Source of the DNA: the human T2T-CHM13v2.0 reference genome, Homo sapiens | DNA: 64,000 nt | NCBI RefSeq assembly: GCF_009914755.1 | Contig: NC_060930.1 | Strand: one strand, 5' to 3' | Shown here: positions 15,311-29,559 of the stretch, one piece after another | Layout of the letters: every line of letters begins with the position of its first letter | Position numbering within the stretch: the stretch's first letter is position 1 | Translations under genes and position numbers: made by a program | The notes under the pieces: model-generated | The model's database searches: none | The model's input: the letters and a program-made list of their open reading frames with translations, nothing else | What the model was told of the DNA's origin: nothing

Positions 15311-15519
15311 CCTGTTCTATTGTACCAAGAGTTCTGAAGACCTGCTGGGCAGCCTCAAAAACGCTTTCTATTTTGCTTTGCCCTTCTCAGCTCTGGCCAT
15401 TAGAACTTTGGTGAGTGTCTTCCAAGTGTCTCACAGTTTGCCCTTGGCTTCCTTCTCCTACCTTTCTATGACCAGCTTCAATAAATTAAAAAGTAGAAGT
15501 AAAACTTGCCTCAGTTGTA

Positions 15520-15830
15520 TTTTTTAATGGAAAATTTTAAACATACAAAAATAGAGAATAGTATAATGAATCCACATGTACCTATCACTCAGTTTCAATA
15601 ATAGCAACAATGGCCAACCTCCTGCCCCCAGATTATTTAAGATCAAATCTTATACATCATATCATTTCATTCATAAATTCTTATGAATATCTCTAAATGA
15701 AATGTACTTAGGAAAATGTAATTATGATGCCATTATCATAGATAAAAATGAATAATTCCTTAGTATAATCAATGAATAATTCCTTAATATAATCAAATAT
15801 CCAATCAACATTCACAATCCTTTCTGATTC
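15520..15830 (-). mobile_element. Old L1M (MC/ME) 3' fragment
   Basis: aaacatacaaaaatagagaatagtataatgaa motif typical of a reversed L1MC 3' end. Confidence 0.55.
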
Positions 15831-16857
15831 AGCTGTGAGTGTTTCCATTTAAGCAGTTCCAGCTTTTCTGAACTGGTCTAATGAGTGTTTGCTTGCATTT
15901 GACTCTTTGTGTTTTCTGTATTTAAGATTTCCAACCTCAAAATAGGCAGTCACTTTCTATTTTCCAGTCCTCTTTTCGATACTTAAGAAAAACCAACTAG
16001 GGCTCTCCTCACCTCCTCCTCATCCCCAAGTCATTATACCACCCTAATGCCTGCCTGGGGCTCCTGGGCATCCCTGCCACAGTCACCCAGGTATAGTTTG
16101 CTTTAAGGACACCAATGATCTTAAACTTCAACTTTCAAATTTGCGTCCAGGTGAAAATGTGAAAAATTCACATTCATAGATAGCACGTATGTGTCACATT
16201 CTGAGACACGTTACTTAGGCAACATCTAAGTTCTATGGACTCCTCATTTGGCTCTGGGGTAGCATTGTCTGAAGATTGTTTCTATTTTCTTTATAAGTTT
16301 CCTCAGTAATGAGGGAGTAATTTCTGGGATTAGTGGCCAGATCCACTCTTTACTGAACCTGTGGGCTCTTAGTGTGGGCAGATTATCTAGCGGTAAATGT
16401 TCTCCCTCAACAAGTGAAGACATTCCTTTTAAAGAAATTGCATTAGAGAGCATAGGTTTGTGGGTGATCTTCCAAATCAATAGCAAGGTGAAAATGAATC
16501 TATATTTCTTCCTAGGAGAATGATTTAAGTATCAAAGACTAAGAGAGGCCTTTGGAAAAATGGAAACGTTCATGCCAAAAGCATCCTGTTTATGGTTTTG
16601 CCACTAAAGTTAGCCACAAATTAGGATTGGAGATTTTATCCAATTATGTTAGAAAAATTACTTGATTCAGTCTTTGCTCAGTTGAAGGAGTTGTGCTCAG
16701 TTGCAATGATCATCTAACCTATGTTATAGCTAAAGTAGAATTAATCTAATTTTAATAGTCTTTAATTGTTTAAGATGACATTTCAAACAAAATTTTTATT
16801 ATTTTTCTATAAAAAAGTTCTTCCTCTTTAAACTTTATTTTCCATAAATATTTATAA

Positions 16858-17129
<272 letters not shown>

Positions 17130-17160
17130 TATTTTGGGATTTTTTGTGCTTCAGACTTTT

Positions 17161-18207
<1,047 letters not shown>

Positions 18208-18680
18208 GCTTCAGACTTTTTTAACCAGCTAATAAACGCATGGGGTCCAATATTTAAAATGCCACATAGTGAAACTGTTTCCTGACACTCCCCATTTATT
18301 CATTCTCCCTGAAAACGACTCCTGTTACCAATTGCTTGAGGATTCTTCCAAAGGTATTCTATATGTGTATATATATGTATGTATTTCGCCTATATATAAA
18401 TTTAGTACTACCTATACATTAGTTTGCACCTTTTTTTCACTTGAGAATATTTAAGGAGATTGACTTCAAACAGTCTTTTTTCAGGACTCAGATAAAACTT
18501 TTTGTATTACATTTATCAACTTAGTTAATTTTGTGCTAACAATTCTCAATCAGATTTATAAGATAAATTTTCCCTTAAGCTTTCCAGGAAGTCATTAACA
18601 CCTGTCACTCCAAAATGCATGACATCATAGCTGCCATCAAAGGACTTCTAGAAGATCTAATTCCTACAAAATATCAGTAA

Positions 18681-19075
<395 letters not shown>

Positions 19076-19640
19076 TATAGGTTATATCTCCTTAATGTTA
19101 CAAATTGATGAAGATTAAGTAAATAAACCTCAGCAATGACTAATACATATTTTTAAACATCTACTTTTGCTTCTCATAATCACTGAGCATCCATTTGAGC
19201 TTTATTCTTCTTTTCTTCCTTTTTTTGATAATGCTGGCAGACTTGATGAACCAATAGCATCTGACCTTCACAAACTAGGCAGAGTTTCAAAATAAGGTGA
19301 CTCGTTACATTTGTTTGGATTACTTTTTGAATCCCCACATTTTCTCACGTTGGCACAATTTTGCTTCAAGTGCATCATGGAATAGATGAGACAACAGGAA
19401 GCGATAGGCTTTCCCTATTCAGTGAGTCAGGCAGTAACCAAGAGATTAATGTGAATGAATTCAGGGCTTGTGAAGGCATCATTTCTCATCAAATGGAACT
19501 GTACCCTGCTGGACGGAAGTCTGAATATGTGTGATCTAATGCAGAGGTTCCAACTGATGTGACCCACAATGTTGTCACCACCACCTCCCTCCTTGTCCTC
19601 GCTAATGACCTAAGGTGTGTCCACCATGGAAAAATCTTTC

Positions 19641-20589
<949 letters not shown>

Positions 20590-20806
20590 TTTCATGTCTA
20601 ATTGATGATCCCAAGATATTCAACCGTGTGTTCTGTGTCCTGGATGCTCCCCCTTCACCTTTGGCTGCCAATGCTGAGAGGCAGAAATAGGAGAGAATAG
20701 GCTCTGGGGGTCTGCTGGGCATTCATTCACGGAAACTGGAAGGATGGCTGGTCCTCTAAGGACACCAATTCTGGTCCACAGGCCAGACCTGCTAGCCCTT
20801 ACCTCC

Positions 20807-21373
20807 TGTGATGGTTACTTTCAGGTGTTAACTGACTGGATAGCTGGTTAAGCACCATTTCCGGGTGTGTCTGTGAAAGTATGTTTGTGTGCGAATCCGG
20901 GGACTGACGGGGGAAGATCGGCTCTCATTGTGGGTGGGCATCATCCAATCAGCAGGGTGCCTAGATAGGACAAAAAGGCAGAGGAAAGGTGAATTTGTTT
21001 TTCCAAAAAGGATATTCTGGAACTGGGATGTCTCTTTTCTCCTGTCCTTGGACATCAGAACTCCAGGGTCTTAGGCCTTTGAACTTGGGAACTTGCGCCA
21101 GCAGACCCCTGGGCTCTCAGGCCTTCAGCCTCAGACTGAGAGTCACATCATGAACTTTCCTGGTTGTGAGGCCTTCAGCCTTGGACAGCTATGCTGCTGG
21201 CTCCCCTGGTTCTCCAGCTTGCAGAAAGCCTATCATGGGACTTCTCAGGCTCCGTAATTGCATAAGCCAATCAATTCCCTTAATAAATCCTCTCTCTCGT
21301 ATACCTATCTATACCTCTCTACATATTAATATATCCTATTTGTTCTGTCTCTGGAGAACTCTTAACTAATATA
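20807..21373 (+). mobile_element. ERVL solo LTR, MLT2 (B/C-like)
   Basis: Starts tgtgatggtta and ends ctggagaactcttaactaatata, with typical MLT2 internal motifs. 5-bp TSD cctcc/cttcc (20802-20806 / 21374-21378). Confidence 0.85.
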
Positions 21374-22419
21374 CTTCCATTACGTGGGAATTTCCCAGAT
21401 GCTGAATTGAGGAAAATGACATTTTTTTTAACGTTACTGTTGGTTACCTCCCTATATAGTCAGTTCTTTTGCATCTGTTTGTTTGGATCAGCAGAAGGCA
21501 ACAGTGAGACCCCACCCAATATCTTCTCTTCTCTCTAGAAAGTACTCTGAACATATAATGCTGTGAACATGGCAGGTCTTATCATGTTTTCAAGATGATG
21601 AGATATGTATTGCATATTAAATATTCATACCTGGATATTAAATACTCAGGTTTTTAAAAAATCTTATAACCATTCTAACTGACCATGATCCCAGATGGAA
21701 CCCCTGCCCGCGTCATTGCTTTTGTCTCTGCCACCTGGCTGCCCCTCTAGACAGCTTCCTTTCCTTCCTGGGCTGCTCCCAGGCAACTCAAAAAACTCAA
21801 CTTCCTCCCCCAAAACTCAAATTCTTACTTTTTACGTAGAGCAAATGAAGTCTGTCTCAGCTTTCTTGTGAAGGAAAAGCTGCTTCAGTCAGTTGTGTTT
21901 TTAAATAACACCCCTTCCCACTTTGTGTAACAGAATGTTTTAGAAGCTTATGCTTAAAAATTTTTTTTCAGCCACAAATTGAGGCAGACTCCTTTGATCA
22001 AGGTATTTTGTATTGGCTGAAAGTGTGCTTCTGTGGAGGGCTGGTGCAGGGAGCTGTAATTGAGAGAGTGGGAGGAGTAGCCAGGAAGGAAACTGTTGAT
22101 GAGCATGACTGTATGGGGGGGTCAGCCCAGCTGGAAAAAGGCCAGGACTTATGGAGAAAGGGCATGTGAGGCAGAGAGACGAGGGGGGAGTTTATTGGCT
22201 TCTACTGAGTTACTGAATGTTCTTTCTTCTTAGATCTATAAGAAAAATTAAGTAATAAATCCTAAAAAGGCAAATGACAAAATTTACATTCTTTATTTTT
22301 CAAAAAGAACTTAGAAAACAAGGACAAGAAGGATATTTTTAAAATGTAATATAGACCATATTAAACCAATATTATGGTTGACAGTATTTAAGAGAAAAAG
22401 ACAAATGACTAAAATTGAT

Positions 22420-22625
22420 ATTAAAACATTTATTGAGCATTTACTGTGTGTGAGGCATTGGATTTGTTGCCTAACATGAATTAGTTCATTTAAACCTCAT
22501 AAAAGTCATACAAGGTATATATTCTAATACCCCTATTTAAATAATTAGGAAACTGAGGCAAAAGGAGTTTAAATAAGTTGCCTAATTATTAAGTCTCCTC
22601 ACTTCCTAAGTAGTCTATAGCCTAG
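22420..22625 (-). mobile_element. MIR
   Basis: catttattgagcatttactgtgtg and ggaaactgaggca core. Confidence 0.7.
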
Positions 22626-22777
22626 GAAAGATAAAAATAGACTGTGGATCTCAACAGTTCACTCAGAGAGCATAGTCTTCATCGTGGGGCAGATGTGGGG
22701 CACTGCTGTGCTTAGCCATTTTCTCCTCCCCAGTCCTTGGTCAGCATCTCTAATTGACAATGACACTCCATCTTTCT

Positions 22778-24188
22778 TTCTTTCTTTTTTTAACCTCTGA
22801 ATTTTTATTGGCGTCCTGCTCCCTAAAGGGTCCCCTGCTTCTGCTGGCTTAATGTCTCAGAACTTTGGTGTGGTTGGTCTCAGACACAACTTTGCCATCC
22901 ACTATCCAGCGGCTGTTGGTCTTTTGGATGGTTTGCATGGAGGTGCTGCTGTCCAGGGCATTAAGAAGATTGAAGTTCTTGCCATCTTCCAGCAGGTTGT
23001 TGTAGGTGGCTATCTCAGCCTCCAGCTTGACCTTAATGTTCAGCAGGGCCTCATACTCCTGGGCCTGGTGCTGTCCCTCTGCCCGGGTCTGTGCCAGCTC
23101 TGACTCCAGGTGCAGCAGGATCCCATTGAGCTGTTCCATCTGCAGGGCATAGCGGGCCTCCACCTCCCTCAGGCTGTTCTCCAAGCTGGCCTTCAGATTT
23201 CTCATGGAGTCCAGGTCGATCTCCAAAGACTGGACTGTACGTCTCAGCTTTGTGAGTGTCATCTCTGCAGCTCCAACCTCGGTGGACTGCGTGGTGACCA
23301 CTGTGCTGCTCTCCTCAATCTGCTGAGACCAGTACTTGTCCAGCTCCTCTCTGTTCTTCCGAGACAGCTCGTTATATTGGGCCTGGATGTCTGCCATGAT
23401 CTTGGAATGGTCCTGAGATTTGGGGGCATCTACCTCCACAGTCAACCCAGAGCTGGCAATCTGGACTTGTAGGCCTTTTAATTCCTCTTAGTGGTTCTTC
23501 TTCATGAGCAGCAGCTCCTCCTTTAGAGCCTCGATCTCTGTCTCCAGCTGCAGCCAAGTGACATTGGTGTCATCAGTGACTTTGCGGAGCCCATGGATAT
23601 CGCTCTCCACAGACTGGCACATGGTCAGCTCTGTCTCATACTTGACTCTGAAGTCATCAGCAGCAAGACAGGCATTGTCTGTCTGCAGAACGATGCGGGC
23701 ATTGTCCACAGTATTTGCGAGGTTCTGAGCCCTTAGGTCCTGGATAGTCTTGAAGTAATGGCTCCAGTGTCTGATCTGGGGTCCCTTCTTCTCCAGGTGC
23801 TTCCGGATTTTGCTCTCCAGCTTCCAGTTCTCGGTCTCCAGGCTCCTCATTCTGTCCAGGTAGGAGGCCAGGCGGTTGTTTAGGCTTTGCATGGTCTCCT
23901 TGTTCTGGATGCTTCCCATTCCTGCCAGACCCCCGGCCATCCCGGCAGCCAGGGCCCCAGACCCCAAGCCGCCCCGGAAGCTGGTGGAGCAGGACACGGA
24001 GTTCCCGGAACCAGAACCCCCGGCGCCTGCATAGACGCTGGCTGTGCTGCTGACTGGCCGGGCGTGTAGCTGGGCACCTGGACAGAGCCCAGGGAACGGT
24101 AGTAGGTGGAAAAGGTGGAGCGAGTGGTGAAGCTCATGCTGTCCGGGGAAGAGAACGAGGGGACAGGACTCAGGCTTTGCCGACGACC
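22778..24188 (-). pseudogene. KRT18P65: Processed pseudogene of keratin 18
   Basis: Intronless. [11 protein letters not shown] start at 24135-24137, rod [10 protein letters not shown]...KLEAEIATY, end KVLRH* at 22849. AATAAA at 22804-22809, T-rich tail, degenerate TSD gacactccatctttct / gacattccctttttct. One head frameshift and a TAA at 23488-23490. The pseudogene number is recalled, not verified. Confidence 0.95.
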
Positions 24189-24374
24189 GACATTCCCTTT
24201 TTCTAAGTCCAGATACAGAGCTCCAAGAACCCACTAGCATGTAATCAAATGGAGCACACAGGGAGCAAGTTATTTGCGGCTGGATACTAAAGCATCAGGG
24301 TGAAGGAAAGGCTGCTTGCTGCTATCATTGCTATTTAACATTGCTCTCTAAATAGAGGCTAAATAAATTATAAG

Positions 24375-24594
24375 CAGCACTGCCGGCTCCTGTTTGTATG
24401 GGCTCTAGACTGCTGACTGGGTCCCAACTCTGCATTCAGTGACGTCATGTTGCAGCTTCACATTGGTCGTGTTAGAGGTAATTATACTGGCAAACAGGCA
24501 AATGTTACAGTTAAAACCTTTTTTCTTTTTCTTGCTTCTCTTTTCTCTTAATTTTTGAGAATCAGTTGTTAGACATTTACTAGCATGACACTGA
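24375..24594. mobile_element. MER63-like hAT (Blackjack) non-autonomous DNA transposon
   Basis: Termini cagcac.../...cactg, internal gtgacgtcatgttg, imperfect 8-bp TSD attataag/tttataag. Confidence 0.55.
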
Positions 24595-25389
24595 TTTATA
24601 AGCTAGTAATAAAGCTAACTATTGAAAAGGGGAGATCAAATGATCATCACTTAGAGAACATATGAGTTCATACACTAAAAACCTTAGAGGGGAAACAGTT
24701 CTCTCAGAGGTAACAACATTTCTGTACAATATTGTTACAGACTGCTGATTCATTCCTTCTAGACAGACAACATTCCTTCAGCATTGGATGAGTTTGCAGG
24801 TTGCAAATCTTGGTGCAGACAGCATCTGTGATTTCCATCATGTGGAGAAGGCTCATATCAAGGGAGAAAAAGAAGTCAGCATTTTGTGAGAGGCTGTGGT
24901 GGTGGGAGACTAACTGTGACATTTCACATCCCAGGTTCTAAAAGGTCTGGGGCCCAACAGCGTCCTGGCTTCCTTTGTTCTTTGGCTCTGCCCTGAAACA
25001 CTGTAGTGTCCCTTCCTCTAAACTCCACTTTTTGTTTAAGCCAGTCCAATAAGAGGTTTCTTTCATTCCAGTCAAAATCAGCTTAATTAACAAAGTCATC
25101 TATTTATTCTTACTGAATCTATAAAGGAAAAGCCTCTAACTTCCTCCCTTGCCCCGATACTCTCCTTGCAGAAACATTAATGCTTTGCACAAGGATCAAT
25201 AGGACTCTTCTTGTAACAACCTCAATACAAACTAGGTATTTTCTTAAGTTTTCTGGAATGATGTATTTAAATGTTATATAAATTGACATTGATTTGTGGT
25301 GATAAATGTAATTAATGAAGTTGGGGGACAACACTCTGATGTTAAACTAAGGGATCTGATTTTAAAAATACTGATCTCTAAAAAGACAG

Positions 25390-26712
25390 ATATCTCATTA
25401 AAAACAGGCAAAAGATTTGAATAGACGTTTCTCAAAAGAAGACATACAAGGCCAGGAATGGTGGTTTATGCCTGTAATTCCAGCACTTTGGGAAGCTGAG
25501 GCAGAAGGACTGCTTAAGCCCAGGAGTTCAAGACCAGCCTGGGCAACATAGAGAGACTGTGTCTCTACCAAAAATTAAACAAAAAAATTAGCTGGGCGTG
25601 GTGGTGAACACCTGTAGTCCCAGATACTCGGGAGGCTGAGGCAGGAAGATTGCTTGAGCCTTGGAAGTCGAGGCTGCAGTGGGCCATGATGGTACTACTG
25701 TAATCCAGCCTGAGCAACAGAGCGAGACCCTGTCTCAAAATAAAATAAATAAATAAATAAAAAATAAAAAAAGACATACAAACGGCCAAGAGGTATATGA
25801 AAAAATACTCAGCGTCACTAATCATCAGGGAAATGCAAATTAAACTACAATGAGATATTGTCTCACCCCAGTTAGAATGCCTATGATTAAAAAGACAAAA
25901 AATAACATGCAAGCAATATGCAGAGAAACGAGAACCCTTATACTCTTATACACTGTTGGTACAAATGTAAATTAGTACAACCATTATGAAAAACAGTATG
26001 AAGATTTCTCAAAAATCTAAACATAGAACTACCATAAGATCCAGCAACGTCATTACTAAGTATCTATCCAAAGAAAGGGAAATCAGTATATCAAAGGGAT
26101 AGCTGCACTTGCATGACTACTGTAGACCTATTCAAAATAGTAAAAATACAAAATTAACCTAAACGTCCATCGATGAATGAATGGATAAAGAAAATATGAA
26201 AATGTGGTATACGTACACAATGAAATATTGTTAGACCATAAAAAGAATGAAATCATGTGATTTGTAGCAACATGGATGCAAATGAAGGTTGTTATGTTAA
26301 CGAAAATAAGCCAGACATAGAAAGACAAAGACTGCACGTTCTTACTCATATGAGGGAGCTAAAAAACTTGATCTTATGGACACAGAGAATAGAGTAATAG
26401 ATATGAGAGACTGGGAAGGGTAGGTGGAGGGGAGGGGGAAATGAAGAGAGGTTGGTTATGGTGTAAATATACATTTAGATAGAATAAGTTCTAATGTTTG
26501 ATAGCAGACGAGGGTGACTATACTTGGCGGCAATATTAAATATATTTCAACATAATTAGAAGAGAGTACTTGAAATGATGCCAATACATGCAATTGATAA
26601 ACGCTCAAGTGATGGATACCCCGAATACCCTGGCTTGATCATTACACATTTTAAGCATGTAACAGACATATGTGCCCCATAAATCTGTGAAATATTATGT
26701 ATTAATAAAAGA
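25390..26712 (+). mobile_element. L1MA/PB 3' end containing an AluJ (25450-25770)
   Basis: L1 3' motifs on both sides of an AluJ with TSD aagacatacaa. Confidence 0.85.
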
Positions 26713-27146
26713 AGAAATGACTGATCTCTGTAGTGATGATAAATAACTGACTACTAGTCATGTCTTCATCATCAGCACTGTGCTGAAAATTTTGAGATTC
26801 CTTCTTTCTAGACCTGATTTTCTTATTGGCAATCAAACCCTCCCCTCCTCGTGGAGCCTCCCCCCATTCCCCACTCAAGGTGTACATTGGTGACATTCAA
26901 AGAATTTCCACCTCAGTCTGCTTCTTGATACTGTATCTAAATATATCTGCAGGTGTGAACAAAGCCTTCTGGTTAAAGTTCATAGGCCCAGAAAACATGT
27001 TACCATCTCTTGGAATGATGAGAAAGAAGTACCAAAGAGACCGAACTTGTAACAATTTTGAGAATGGGCAGCTGGAAAACTGTATGTTTTATATGGATTT
27101 CTGAAATTTAGAAAAAGCATCTGGGCTCTTTTTAGCAAATAATAGA

Positions 27147-28958
27147 ACCGCGTGCAGGGAGGTGAATCTGCCTCCATTTGTGGTCCACATTTGTGGTGTC
27201 CTTGCCCACAGCCATGTGCAGAGGGGTGAAGCTGTTCTTGCCCCTTGGTGCACACTTGAGCAGGTGGTAGATGGTCTGGTGCTTCAGGTGCTCCTGGCTA
27301 GGGGTGCACTCCACTTCCTCCAACAGATACAGAAGGTAGAGGATGATGTCCAGCGCCTTGGTGAACTGGGCCGCGTCTTCAGGCTCCTTGGGCAGCGGCA
27401 GCTCCTTGGGTCCTGGAAACGTTCCATTTGCCAGACCCCTTTCGTGAGAACCCCTATGAGGTCTGCAAAGCCAATTTGTATGCCCAAGCTGCTTTTGGCC
27501 GCCCGGTCCTGCAGCACGTAAGGAAAGAGTTCCGCGAAGGAGAGGAAGCTGCTGGCGGTCATGGGGCTCAGAGGCTGGCTGACCTGCTGCATGGCCAGGT
27601 CCCACTTCCGCAAGTGGATGCAGCGCTGGAAATTGCCGCAGGCCGCCTACACCGCGCCCCAGTAACGGATGTAACAGGAAGTGTCGGAGTGAGAGGCGCA
27701 GAGGATTCGCTAACAGATCAACAGGGTCTGTATGCGCATCTCATCTGGGTGGTTTATCAGAGCTTCCAAGTCTTCGGTGGTGTGGATCTCCCTGGAATAG
27801 CCATAGGCCAAGACCAGCCTCTGGGGTTCTGGTTTGGGCAGGTGACTCCATGGCTCGTCTCCAGTGTTTAAGGATCCCAAGCAGATCTCGCTTCTTTTCC
27901 ACATACGTGGCTCCCAGAAATTCCAAGGCTTCCAAGGCAGCTTCCAAGGCAGCTTCCAAGGCAACTTCCGGGCTGGTGGGACAGCAGCTTTCATAGGATT
28001 CCCCGTTCAGTGGTTCCTCCGCGGAGGAGCTGCAGCATGGAGTCCCTGAGGCTGCGTGCACCCCTGGCTGGTGGAGGGCCTTCTTGAGGTAGCCCTGGCT
28101 GAGCCTCTCTCCCGGCGTCCTGCTCCTGGCTGGGCTGCTCCTGGATGAGGTACTCCACTATGCTAGTGTGGCCCGTCACGCTGGCAGCAGCAGCGGAGTC
28201 CTGCGAAGGCAATCCCATGCGGGTCTGCCACCACAGCAGCAGCTGCAGGCTCTCCAGGCTGCCAGACTCGGCTCAGTAGTGTAGGGCCGTGTTGCCACTG
28301 GCGCTGCGCCGGTTCACCTGGGCGCCCTGCTTCAGCAGGTAGCGGGCGATCTCTCGGTGGCCCTTGTAGCACAAGATCATGAGGCACATGTGGCCGTGCC
28401 GGTTGGCCACCTCCGGGTAGGTCTGGTTCTCGCCAGTGGCCATGGAAGCAGGCGGCGCTCAGGGGCGTGGAGTTGGTGCTCCTGGTGCGGTTCGCCGAGG
28501 CCCTGTGAGGCAGCAGGCTCCGCATCACGTCCAGGTGGCCGGCGGCAGAGGCGGCCCACAGCGGCGGCGAGCCCTCGATGGTCCCGCCACCGAAGGGTCC
28601 CTAGCCGTCAGCCTCCACCCTCGCGCCGCACCGGTTCACCGGGTATCCTACTGCGTCCAGGTGGCCGGAGCGTGCTGGGGGTGCACTCCACTTTCTCCAA
28701 CAAGTAGAGCAGGTGGATGAGCAGCGGCGTCCCCCGAGCTGGCCACCTCGCCTGTCAGCTTGTCCAGCTCCTCCGGGCTCCGGCAGGTGAACACCTTCTA
28801 GAGCAGCTGCAGCTACCGTTGCGGGCGGCGTCGTACACCGCGGTGCGGAGGTACATAGTCTGGGCGCCGCGGGACACGGAGACAGCGGATTAGAGCCGGG
28901 ATGGGCTGGCGGGCGGCAGCCTTCACCGTCTCCCCCGCCGCCACCTGAGGGGTTCCCG
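27147..28958 (-). pseudogene. FEM1AP3: FEM1A pseudogene (ankyrin/TPR CUL2 adaptor copy), many indels, CDS homology stops before the C-terminus; CpG-rich
   Basis: ATG at 28854-28856 (MYLRTAVYDAAR). FEM1A peptides across frames: NSTPL, ASVTGHTSIVEYLIQEQP, EEPLNGESYESCCPTS, LSPMTASSFLSFAELF, FTPLHMAV. The pseudogene number is recalled, not verified. Confidence 0.93.
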
Positions 28959-29559
28959 TATCATTTCGTCTATACATATTTACTGTATATATCTCTTAGA
29001 GAACCAAATCCTTTAAAAATAATCAAAATATTATCACATCTAAAAATATAGTTTTTAAAAAATATCAAGCGTCCATTGTTCACATTTCCTAAATTGTCTT
29101 ACACATTGTTTATCCAGTGTGTACGTTTGAACTGAAATCCGAGTAAGATACAAACATTGCTGTTGGCTGATGTAGTTATACATTTTCCCCTTCACTTCTT
29201 TCCCTTGAGAGTCTTTGGCTGAAGAAGCTGGGTTGAAGAGATCTCAGTGTCAGGATTTTGCTGAGTGTGTCAGTTATAAAGATTACTGATAAAAAGACTT
29301 CAATGTCCGGTGGATTTCAGTGGGTTCCTTCTTATCGAGCTTTGCTTTTGAGGATGTGAGGTGAGGAAGAAACCCCCTTTACAGGGACCTTCTCTCTTTG
29401 GCCAGAACTGGCCTCCCTTGTGGAAGGAGGGGAAAAAGTGATTTCAAATGCTTTTGAGTATTAATCCCAATGTCCAGTTACAAAATCTGTAACTTATCTG
29501 GGAATTACCTTTAAGTGCATCATACTTATATAAGTAAAGTATATAAAAGAAACATAAAA

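Noticed and set aside
24440-24447. CRE palindrome as a promoter for the KRT18 copy
   Set aside because: It appears to be inherited MER63-like transposon sequence, with no other promoter evidence.
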